Assembly: GCA_951406725.2 (NCBI GenBank)
Contig: OX597817.1
Span: 80,724,001-80,788,000, forward strand
DNA length: 64,000 nt
From: Octopus vulgaris
Taxonomy: Eukaryota
Direction of reading: 5' to 3'
Within the stretch, counting starts at the first letter, position 1; each line of letters starts with the position of its first letter. The notes below the pieces were generated by a model. It saw nothing but the letters and a program-made list of their open reading frames with translations, was not told the origin of the DNA and did no database searches. The position numbers and the translations under genes were made by a program. Below are positions 52,122 to 64,000 of the stretch, in pieces.

Positions 52122-53045
52122 CAAAAAAAAAGTATGCCATTTTAATCCCGAGCAAAGCCGGGTATCCCTGCTATTTAGCGATAAAAGTAAATTCATAATT
52201 TATTGACAGAAGTAACTTCAAAACTCAAGCACGAGTTGGTCTTGATTGAGAATTTTTCTCCTTGCTGGAATGTGAATTCCGAGCCTTCAGTTAGGTGTGA
52301 GCATGTACCACAATTAAGTCGTCTGCGTTTTGTGCTTCCCAGAAACTTCTATGTCCTAACCCAGAAACTGCTATATCTTAACCCAGAAAATCTATGTCCT
52401 AACTTGTTCAGGTTATGGTTACAATTATGCGGGTCAAACAATCCTTACTTTAAGACGCAGAGTTACGCCGCATAAAGAACCGATTCGTTTTCCGCAGTAC
52501 AGGCAGATAGCCCTGAGCGAAAATATCGACAGATGCGCAAGAAATAAAATGCCGAATTTCCATATCTTACCGTTATACCAATGCAAAGATTCAATTTCTT
52601 TACAAGAACGCCTAAACAAGGAAAATCTGTTCATACAAAAGTACAGACCACACCATTATATACAAACTTTACTACTTCAAAAATTATACTGAGGAGTTTT
52701 TTGTCCCCTTGCCACCTGTTGCCTCGCTTTTTCAACTCCCTAGACTCATTCTTATTTTTCAAACATCCAAAATGGTGAGACGTCTTTGTCGCAAGAATTG
52801 ATTAGTTCACAATGTCCCTTGAAAAGTTAATTTAGATAACGAAAACGGGTTGGATATCACAATATCCATAAAATATGTACATATATTAACAAAAATTCTT
52901 TATAAAAAGATATTAAACTATGTGAAACGAAGGCATTTCTCTTCCACTTTTTATATGTTTTCCACATATTTTCAACTCATAATTTTGCCACGTGGTGGAT
53001 ACTAAATCTCCAGAATTTTTACTCCCTTTATATTTGTATATTTCT

Positions 53046-53093
<48 letters not shown>

Positions 53094-53310
53094 TTTATGT
53101 ATGTATATATATGTATATATGTGTGTGTTTGTGTGTGGGTGGGTGTGTGAGTGTGCGTGTGTGTGAGTGTGTGTGTGTGTGTGTTTTGTGTTTATATGCC
53201 AACAGAGTGTGGCGGTCCTATAAAGGACGATGTTACTGTTGTTTTAGTTCCAGGAAAAGATCTTTTCCATCTGGCTATCGACACACGGTTTGTGTGTGTG
53301 TGTGTATTTA

Positions 53311-53360
<50 letters not shown>

Positions 53361-53431
53361 AATATACTCATACACATACATACGTATATATATATATATA
53401 TATATATATAAATATACTCATACACATACAT

Positions 53432-53469
<38 letters not shown>

Positions 53470-53536
53470 ATTTCAATAAACGAACAATGGAATAAACAAT
53501 TATATACATGTTTGCCCGTGCATCTGTAAGTATATC

Positions 53537-53590
<54 letters not shown>

Positions 53591-54212
53591 CACACAGATA
53601 TGTATACGCACACACAAATATATATGCCTATTTACTACATCTATTCTGTCAATTTTATTCACAACTGTTTAGTCAACACGAGGCGATAGTACAGCAATCT
53701 CGCCCAAGGTGTCACACAGCGGGATTGAAACCTGAATCACGTAGTTGCACAGTGAAGTTTTTAACCGCATTATCATGTCTGCACCCACAAACACAGACAT
53801 ACATCTATATCTTAGTTTGTATACATGTACGATTTGTATGTATATAATTATGAGTGTGTGCATGTTGATTTGAATGTATGCTTTTGTGTGTGTGTCTGTG
53901 TGAAAATTGTATATGCACATAAATGTACACACACACACGCACACACACACACGCGCATATATATATATATATGCAGATATACATACATACATATACACAT
54001 TTGTATACACATTTATACACACATGTATGTACTTATGCAAACGTGCATACAAATATACATATTACCATAAGACACACATGTATAGTGTGTTTTATCTTTC
54101 TGTGTGCGTGTAGCTGTGTGGGAGAGTGTTTGTGTAAGTGTATGTGTGTGTAAGCGTGTATGTGTGTGTAAGTGTTTATGTGTTTGAGTGGGTCTGTGTG
54201 TATCTGTGTGTG

Positions 54213-54243
<31 letters not shown>

Positions 54244-54442
54244 GAGTGTTTATGTGAGCAAGAGACTTCTGGGGAGGGGGAGGCATGAGACAGACAGGAA
54301 GAGAGGTAGATAGACAGGTAGACACAAAAACAGAGACAGGCCAACAGATAAATAGACAGACAGATAGATAGAGAGAGAGAGAGAGTGAGTGAGAGAGAGA
54401 GAAAGATAGATACATACATACACACATATATACATACATATA

Positions 54443-54476
<34 letters not shown>

Positions 54477-54595
54477 CATAGATGCATACATACACACATA
54501 CATTCATACATACATACATACATACATACATACATACATACATGCAATCATACATATATATACATACATAGACAGACACAGAGACAGAGACAGAC

Positions 54596-54681
<86 letters not shown>

Positions 54682-54822
54682 GTGGATAAAGACAGCAAAA
54701 TTATTTAACATGTGAAATATGTATGTATATGTAGAACATAAGTTACATATGTCTTACCATACGCATGTATAGAAATAAATGGATACACCCACACACAAAC
54801 ATATATATATATATAGATATAG

Positions 54823-54885
<63 letters not shown>

Positions 54886-54977
54886 TTTGTGCATATCTAT
54901 ATGTATGTATATATGTGTGTGTATATACATATACATATTTATATATACATACACACACACGCATACATATACATTCA

Positions 54978-55017
<40 letters not shown>

Positions 55018-55230
55018 CATATATAAATATATATATGCACATACATCGATATATACATATACGCATACACACACACACAGGAACATACACGGATATGTCT
55101 GTCTGTGTTTGTGCGCACATGTATATGCGAGCATACGTGTGTATGTGTGTTTGTGTATGTCAGTGTTTCTGTGCGGGGTGGGGTCTGCGTGTGTGTGTGC
55201 GCGTGTGCGTGTGCGTGCGTGTGTGTGTGC

Positions 55231-55304
<74 letters not shown>

Positions 55305-55570
55305 GTGCCTGCGTGCGTGTGTTATCACTGAGATTTCCTGATCACCGGAAACTCCATGCTGATTAATTTAATGAAATATATTTTATTTGTAAATTATTCC
55401 GTGTTTCTCAACAAAAGATTTGCTATCCGTCATCTCATGTTATCCCATACTTCTTTCTCTCTCTGTCTCGCTCTCCATCTCTCTCTGTGACTCGCTCTCC
55501 CCCTCTCTCTCTCTTTATCTCTCTCTCTTTCACTTTCCTATCTCTCCCTCACTATCTTTATAAACGTACC

Positions 55571-55608
<38 letters not shown>

Positions 55609-55932
55609 CAGACACACACACACACACACACACACGCAGACGTATAGATGTATATTTATATAGATAGATGGATAGGTAGCTAGATGCACAATATCATATA
55701 TATCCACAAACATAATATAATATATATATATACATATATAGAGAAACACATAATATGTGTGTGTATGCGTCTGAGTATCTGCGCCCATGTGTGTGTGTGT
55801 AAAGAGGTATACATGTAGATATAGGTATACATTTGTATATACATAAGAATAGACAAAAAGATATATGTGTGTGTGAGGAATGTCTGAGTGTGTATGTGTG
55901 TATATATATATATATATATACCAATGAGTCAG

Positions 55933-56020
<88 letters not shown>

Positions 56021-56131
56021 GGCAAATATATATACATACTAATATATATATATATAAATATATATATAAATACCAATATATATATATGCGTGTATGTATA
56101 TATATATATATACATATATGTGTGTGTGTGT

Positions 56132-56227
<96 letters not shown>

Positions 56228-56722
56228 ACATCGCAATAGAAATTTATTTTTCGTTCACCGCTTAAATCCTTCTCCGCGCCTCTGTATCCAACCCTTTAAA
56301 CGCTTTACAATCTTTTCATTTCTAACAGTAACGAACCTACCAGGGGCAGAACGCTTCTAACACGAACTTAAAACAGTTATTTCTTTAGAACTGCATTTCA
56401 TCATCGTAACAGACACAAAAGAAAATACCAAGCAAAAAATATTTTAACATGAACGTTTACACTCTTAAATGAAATAGAAAATGCTAACTTCGAAATAAAA
56501 AATTATTGGAAACAGAAATGTTTTAATGTAGGTATATAATACTTTCAATAAAGTATTTAGTTAGGTATTTAAAAAGTTAACTGTAAAGTTATTATGTTTA
56601 TATATTTTTTGCTGTAAAATTTAACACACACACGTGTGCGCGTATATGTAAATATAGCTAGCTAGCTAGATAGATAGATAGGTATGTATACATTCTAGTG
56701 TATATTTGTGTGAGTGTGTATG

Positions 56723-56787
<65 letters not shown>

Positions 56788-56832
56788 AAACAAGTCAAAA
56801 TAGAAAATGCTAAAATAATTTTATAAAGAACA

Positions 56833-56876
56833 TTTCAGTACCGGTTTCGGTCATTTTGAGACCTTTTCAACTGTAA
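56833..56876 (-). ncRNA. Minimal type I hammerhead with U3-A8 core, ~50 bp from (TA)n
   Basis: Minus: TTACAG-TTGAAAA-GGTC(TCAAAAT)GACC-GAAA-CCGG-TA-CTGAAA. Palindromic ACCGGT, GUA site. Confidence 0.8.
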
Positions 56877-57639
56877 CGATTAAATAATTAAATTTAGAAA
56901 AATTAGAAGAAAAGTTTTTTTAAAGGAATATTTGTGTACTGTTCAGATATAAGTGGCATTCTGCCTTTCTCTGACTCCCTTGTTTGCACTTGTGTGTTCG
57001 AGGTCGTTGTGAATTCTTGGTAGGGTAGAAGAAGAAGAAGGCTGATGAGGAGAGGGGGTGGAAAAATTTGGGAGTGCCTTGATTGTTGTATTTTGAATGG
57101 TCAGTGACGGCTAGCAGTTGCAGTTCAATTCAAGAGAATATTTCTATTGAGAGGTTTGTTTATGGAATTTGCGTAGGTGTTTTACTAAAAAGCATTAGTG
57201 ATAAAGTTAAGAGGTAGAAGGTGGAGCAGAAGAAGAAGAAGAAGAAGAAGAAGAAGAAGAAGAAGAAGAAGAAGAAGAAGAAGAAGAAGAAGAAGAAGAA
57301 GAAGACGATGTTGATGATGATGATGATGATGTTGATGATGATGATGAAGAAGAAGAAGAAGGAGAAGGAGAAGAAGAAGATGATGATGATGATGGTGGTG
57401 ATGATGATGACGACGATGATGATGATAATGATGATGATGAAGAAGAAGAGGAAGAAGAAGAAAACAGAGAAGGGAGAATATGAATGGGTGAAAGTAGTGA
57501 GGTGTTGTATGACTTGAAGTTGGCATGTTATGGATTATAGCTGTGATTGGGGCTGATTAGTAATGGATTCTTTGGAATGTAATATTTGTGTATATTGGTT
57601 GGCATCCTTTTGTCTTGGAAGACAATGGAGTTGCGCATA

Positions 57640-57990
57640 AACTAATCCAGTCTGGTTTTTATATTTCATGTCCTCTAGGGCTAGACGTAAGAAAATCCTG
57701 GGTAGCCCAATCGTCAGGATTCCTTTCGCGACCTTGCTGACGTTGTCCAAAGGAGTGCAGAGCATTACGTTTGGCACCAGCTTGGTTGCAGAAGCTGCCG
57801 GAATGTGTCTAGTCAAACACTAAACAGCTTACGGGGCTCCAATCCGGATTTCTTTGAAGGTTGTCTCCTTTCCGTAACCCCGGATAGGGGCCCATACCGG
57901 GTACTGTCAGCCGGAGCCAGCTGAGCCTGGGATTCGTGTCAGGCAGGGTCGTCACTCCTTGCTGTAGTGAAGAAAATCGCTACCCACTAC
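57640..57990 (-). mobile_element. Ingi/Vingi-like LINE 5' region
   Basis: GC-rich block. Minus ...GCTCCGGCTGACAG..GGGCCCCTATCCGGGGTTACGG..GGATTGGAGCCCC..TTCCGGCAGCTTCTGC..CCAAGCTGGTGCCAAA..CCTTTGGAC..GGAATCCTGACGA.TGGGC resembles Vingi 5' ends as I recall them. Confidence 0.5.
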
Positions 57991-57994
57991 CCAC

Positions 57995-58028
<34 letters not shown>

Positions 58029-58747
58029 TGTATGTATGTATGTATGAATACGAAAAAGAGAGATGCCAAGAGAATAAATTATCTTATTTATGTTATGGTC
58101 TTCATTATACTACAGCTGTTTCTGCAATGAGATGCAGTGTACTCATAGTTGAATGCCTGAATAACACCTTATCTTTCCTTCGAAGCCTTGAATATGAATT
58201 GCACTTTATTTGCCAAAAGATTACATGTGTGCTTATATTGGGAACAACATCAACAATGACAAAATTTAATATATTTACATATATACCCATATACCTATAT
58301 ACATACATACATACATACATACATACTTACATGGATATATCGGACATAACTGTATGGTTAAAACGCTTAGCAACCACTTGTTTTCGGATTGAGTCCCACT
58401 TCATGGCTCGCCACTTTGATGATGAGTCATTTAATATAGCCCCAGGCAGTATCAAAATCTTGTGAATGCTTTTGGTAGTCGGAAAGTGCGTGGGAACCCA
58501 TTATATAACACGCATACACATACACACATACAGACACACACAGAATATGCTAAGCTATAAAAACTTGGATCCAAGTACTAATTTGCTCTACATTTCTCTC
58601 TAAACATCAACTTACTTCCCATTGAACCTGGAACATTTTATATGTTGAGTTGTCTTTCATAACATTACAAATTAGTATCATTTGTATGAATGAAATACTA
58701 GATTTCTACGATATCCCATCTATTTTGTCAATGTCTGTATCGTCAAT

Positions 58748-59170
58748 AAGGCAACGAGATGGCAAAATCGTTAACACACAGGGAAAAATGCTTATCGGCA
58801 TTTCATCCGATTTTACGTTCTGAGTTCAGATTCTACTGAGGTCAACTGTGCCTTTCATCTTTTCGTGGCTATGAAATAAATACCAGTTGGATATTGGTGT
58901 CGATGTAATCGACTTAGCCCTTCCCCCGAAATTGAGAGCCTTGTGCCAAAATTTGAAAGCAATAACTATATCGTAAATAAGGCGCTGAACTGGCAGAAAC
59001 ATTCGCACGCCAGGTAAAATGCTTAACAGCATTTCGTCCGTCGTTACGTTCTGAGTTCAAATTCCGCCGAGGTCTACTTTGCCATTCATCTTTTCTGAGT
59101 TGATAAAAGTACTGAGGTCAATGTAATCGACTTACACCATCCCCAGAGCTTTCTGGCCTTGTGTCAAAAT
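58748..59170 (+). mobile_element. Two tandem SINE family B copies with a different tail
   Basis: AAGGC..GA..TGGCA.AA heads at 58748 and 58979, both with GTTCTGAGTTCA.ATTC and the Meta-like domain. Confidence 0.8.
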
Positions 59171-59849
59171 AATTTTAAACCTATATTTCTACGAATGACC
59201 TGTAGGTCATAATTTCTATAAAAAAATCTGTAGAGATAACCTTGACAAGTATTATTTCTAGGATATCTTCCGTATATTGCCAATATCCATATCGTCAATA
59301 TTCCACCTATGTAGGAGACGTGATATTCTGTCACATACGATTTCGGTTTGTCCTTTTGCTAATTCTTATATAATCCGCAATGCAATAAGAATGGCTGCGC
59401 GAATTATTTGTTAAATTAAACATAAGTTAGTAATGCCAAACTGAAACCTCTACAAATGATTAAGTTACATTATAAAGCTATGACAATGCGGAAAACTGCC
59501 TCTAAAATATTCTTAAATTAACAAAAAGTTCCAGAGGGGAAAAAAAACAGGAGAATCTGCCTTGAATTCTTTTAGATAATAACGGTATTGTTGTATTGTC
59601 ATGGAAACATTTTGACAGGCATTAATAGTTTTTATTAAGCTATTTGACACGAACTTAAAATAACAACAACAAATGTACTCAATCATCAAAACAAGTGCAC
59701 ATTTCTAATACAAAATCGTATATTTTTGCTATTTTGTGTTTGTGTGTAAATTCCGTTGTTGAGCTTGTTACTTCCTTGTTTTTTCGTTTTGTTTTCGTTA
59801 TTTTTATTGTTATATTTTATTAGTGCATGTATGTATGGAAGGATGGCTA

Positions 59850-59912
<63 letters not shown>

Positions 59913-59984
59913 ATGTATGTATGTATGTATATATATGTATACACATACCCATATTTCTTTTATATATGCATGTTTGTATGTGTG

Positions 59985-60020
<36 letters not shown>

Positions 60021-60274
60021 TATACATATAAAGACACACACATATATATCTACGTATATGCATGTACGTAAGTGCTTGAGTATGTACGTATGCATCTATG
60101 TATGTGCATGTGTGTGTATGTGAGTGTGTGTGTATGTGAGTGTGTGTGTGTTTGTTTGTGGGGGTGTGCGCGCGCGTGTGTGTATGCTTGTGTATGGATG
60201 CACGTAACTGTGGATGAAGGCTGGGTGCATGAATTGATTGACGGATATATGCATATATGTGTGTGTGTGTGTCT

Positions 60275-60324
<50 letters not shown>

Positions 60325-60626
60325 TATTTTGTCGTCTCATAGTTAACTCTTTACATAAAAATTCGTTTAATATTTTGAAAATGCCTGCATGTTTGTATGC
60401 ATATTTGTGTGTAATTGTGTTTTTGTGTGTGTGCGCGTGTGTGTGTGTGTGTATGTGTGCCTGTACATGTCTGTGTATGGGCGAGTGTATCATAGACACC
60501 TTATTTTAACCATCATTGCTCCTTTCCTACCCCGTGGTGCAAAACAAGAAACGGGGTAGAACATAAAGAGAAAGAAGCAACATAAACAAGAACACAGCAT
60601 TCTGGAAAATAGGTAAGGCAGCGACA

Positions 60627-60684
60627 ATGACAATTATAATCATAATGATTATGACTGTGACGATGATGATGATGATGATGATGT

Positions 60685-60715
<31 letters not shown>

Positions 60716-60969
60716 AACGGCGACGGTGGCGACGACGATGACGACGACCAGCACCAACACGATCACTCTGATGATGATGATGAAGATGATGATGACGACG
60801 ACGACGACGATGATGTCGACGACTACAACGATGATGATGATGATGACACACGACGACGAAGGTGACGGTGGCGACAACGATGATTACGACCAGCACCACG
60901 ACAATCACGATGATGATGATGATGATGTTGATGATGATGGTGATGGTGATGATGATGATGATGAGGATG

Positions 60970-61007
<38 letters not shown>

Positions 61008-61011
61008 AATA

Positions 61012-61045
<34 letters not shown>

Positions 61046-61405
61046 CGACGACGACTACAACGATTTTGATGACGACGACGACGGCGATGGTGGCGATGGT
61101 GGCGATGGTGGCGATGGTGGCGATGGTGGCGACGGCGGCGACGGCGGCGACGGCGGCGACGGCGGCAACGGCTGCGACGGTGGCGACGACGATGACGAGA
61201 ACCAGCACCACCACGATCACGATGATGATGGTGATGATGGTGATGAGGATGATGATGATGACAACGACGGCAACAATGTCGACGGCGAAAACGACGAATA
61301 CGACGACGACGGTCACAATGAGGACGACGACGGTCACAATGAGGACGACGGCGACAGCAAAGATAGCGGCAACGGCCATGATAATAATGACAATAAGGAT
61401 GGTTA
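60627..61405. repeat. Compound (GAT/GAC/GGC)n trinucleotide array with higher-order duplications
   Basis: ACCAGCACCA..AC.ATCAC occurs three times and GACGGTCACAATGAGGAC twice. Confidence 0.9.
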
Positions 61406-61424
61406 TAATGAAAAAGAAAAAGCT

Positions 61425-61560
61425 GTCTAGCAAATCTACTCATAAGGCTTTAGTTGGACCAAGGCTATTGTAGAAGACAGTCGGCTAAGGTGCCACGCAG
61501 TAAGACTGATCCTGGAACCATGTGGTTGGAAAGCAAGTTTGTTACCACGCAGCCATGCCT
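61425..61560 (-). mobile_element. SINE family A 5' half
   Basis: Reverse complement of the head. Confidence 0.8.
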
Positions 61561-61814
61561 TTGATAGAAATTTTGAAATCACAGAAAATTAAAAAGACAT
61601 ATTGCAATACTAAAATATAAAAAAAAATAAAATACAAATGAAATAAATTTTTGATTTGGATACAGAAGGAAACTGGAGGATTTTTCAGTTGAGATTAGCT
61701 CAAAAATGTTAAAATTAAAATTTTTAACTTAAAATTTCCGTTCCAACTATTTGTACTTTATTTCGTTTGACAGAACTATGAGGAACAATAGTAACAGAGA
61801 TTTTCTAGGAAATA

Positions 61815-62317
61815 TTTTTCAATAGACTACAGACCTATCCAGGAAGATGCATGTCCTCATTCATATTTAATCCATAGCTCATTATATCTGAAATAGGTAG
61901 ACTTTAAATATATTTTTTGCCGCGGTTGGAGGCTTAATCTCAATAGACTATTGTTCTATCCAGGAAGATATGTCCTTCATCTGTATTTAACCCATAGCTC
62001 TACATATCTGAGATAGGTAGACTTTAAATATATTTTATGCTGTGGTTTGAAACCTATTCTCAGTCGGCTACTGTCCTATCCAGGAAGATATGTCCCACAT
62101 CCGTATTGAACAATAACTCTATACATCTGAAATAGGTAGACTTTAAATATATCTTATGCCGCAGTAGGAGACATACTCTCAGTAGAACTATTGTCCTATC
62201 CAGGAAGATACATGTCCTTATCGGTATTTAACCATAAATCTATATATCTGAAATATATTTTATGCTGTGATTGGAAACGTACTCTCAGTAGACTACTGAC
62301 CTATCCAGGAAGACTAG

Positions 62318-62411
<94 letters not shown>

Positions 62412-62560
62412 TAGGTAGCCCTTTAGATATATGTTATGTTGTGGTTGGAAACCTATTCTCAGTCGCTACTATCCTATCCTGGAAGACATATATCCCTCAT
62501 CCGTATTTGATCGTAATTCTATATATATCTAAGATAGGTAGACTTTAAATATACCTTATA
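61815..62560. repeat. ~120-bp minisatellite, 6 diverged units
   Basis: CTATCC(A/T)GGAAGA at about 61835, 61956, 62076, 62196, 62301 and 62474. Unit 5 is interrupted by (TA)n. Confidence 0.9.
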
Positions 62561-63089
62561 CTGTAGTGCAACCATTTAAGGTTTAAGATAATCTTCTTGT
62601 ACTTTAGGATAAATAATCGTTGATCTATATTCACGTAATAACACGCCTCTAATAATTCTTCAAAGACCATTTATTATTTAAGTTTTACATTGATGAGAGA
62701 GCACTTCTAGTATGTGGATAATTAAGTATCCCGGAAACATACATACACTAATCACGTACACATCTACCACGTCAAGACATGTCACTACCCCTAATAAAGC
62801 CTTTAAATCAGTTATAGGCAGACTGTAGGCCGCTGGGCTTTCTGAATGGCACACCAACGAAAGAATACCTTGAATTTATTTAGTAATACGGTTTTCCTGA
62901 TGATAATTCATGTCTCATGCGGCTCGCTTCTCGAAAAATGTTGCTGCTCAGTCCTCTAAAATAGCAAAAAACCTTTCTCATATCACACTTTAAATAACAA
63001 TTAAAAGAAGACCGGATAATCTAGATAATGTAATCTGGGATAAACGATGTATCTGATAAGATGGAATAATAGTGGTGTTATTATTTATT

Positions 63090-63320
63090 TTTCTCTACTA
63101 CCCACAAGGGGCTAAACACAGAGGAGACAAACAAGGACAGACAAACGGATTAAGTCGATTACATCGACCCCAGTGCGTAACAGGTACTTATTTAATCGAC
63201 CCCGAAAGGATGAAAGGCAAAGTCGACCTCGGCAGAATTTGAACTCAGAACGTAACGACAGACGAAATACCGCTAAGCATTTCGCCCGGCGTGCTAACGT
63301 TTCTGCCAGCTCACCGCCTT
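63090..63320 (-). mobile_element. SINE family B, full length
   Basis: Near-identical to 19774-20003. Confidence 0.9.
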
Positions 63321-64000
63321 TTGTGTTATTCTTTGGTGTTATTCTTTAGCTCCCCCAAAACACCACGAAATTGCCAGCTAATTTTAGTAATTCCAATCCA
63401 TCACCGAGGACATCTCTCACGTCCACGTTTTCATTGACTTCAACGCAAATAGTCTCCCTAGTTGGACCATTCTTATGCAAGTGAAACCAAAGCAAGTTTT
63501 CAAAAATTTTAGACTACTCAGAAAAATTACTACATGTCTATAAAGGTTTTTTGAAATGGTTCGTTTTCCACCAGATATCAATATTAGGAAAATTTCTTTA
63601 CAGATTTGGAAGATATAGAAAATATTTGTCTTCAAAATATCACATACATTTTCGTCAAGCACGTCATGCTAAAGGTGAATGGTGACCGAAGACATTGTTG
63701 TCCAGCAAACACATTAGCATTTTCTGGAATTTCAAGTCAATGTAAATAAACACAATGAAGCTTCTCATGGTAATCTTGAGAAATTCAGAGGAATTAGCAC
63801 TTAATATTTTCAAGTAAAAAATGTTTTTGTTCGATGTCATGTACGTCACAGTTTTAGGATCCTCTTCAAAAAATTCAACATACATTCCAGGGAATTTTTT
63901 TTTTCTGTTATACTAGCCTCGGTAGTCAAACATTGCTGTGGAAAATGTATCAATGTAATTCTAGTAAATGCTGACGATTTACAGCTTAGATATTTCATAA

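Noticed and set aside
60513-61473. 200-300 aa ORFs (Asp/Gly-rich, resembling a biomineralisation protein)
   Set aside because: Open in five frames because of the trinucleotide repeat, with no clear splice or start context, and running into a SINE.
61815-62560. CRISPR-like array
   Set aside because: Whole units are homologous with no unique spacers, the context is eukaryotic and there are no cas genes.
62800-63885. Possible Tc1/mariner remnants (DNS.HAA at ~62900, FFEEDPKT ORFs at 63417-63885)
   Set aside because: The similarity is too fragmentary to support without a search.

Overview
AT-rich, microsatellite-saturated eukaryotic non-coding DNA. The SINE families and repeat landscape look like a coleoid cephalopod, probably Octopus (recognition from memory, not a search). 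I found no convincing host exon or RNA gene, and almost all listed ORFs are translations of simple repeats. Recognisable content: three tRNA-derived SINE families in many copies; decayed mariner, Chapaev3-like, CR1, RTE, L1/Tx1, Ingi/Vingi-like and Penelope/Neptune-like fragments; non-autonomous Helitron-like elements; a Tc1/mariner MITE; and a ~120-bp minisatellite. The main signal is about 17 hammerhead-ribozyme (HHR)-like motifs from several unrelated short elements, most of which end in (TA)n tracts. They include one canonical HHR inside a ~510-bp partial tandem repeat (retrozyme-like), recurring core variants (U3-A8, A6->U/C, U4->C), greatly expanded stem II domains and one permuted candidate. 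Three fold-back insertions with an asymmetric tail match the Penelope-like pLTR architecture. A TSD-flanked ORF1-only (half-LINE) element sits inside a multi-level nested insertion. All folds were done by eye and no activity is shown.
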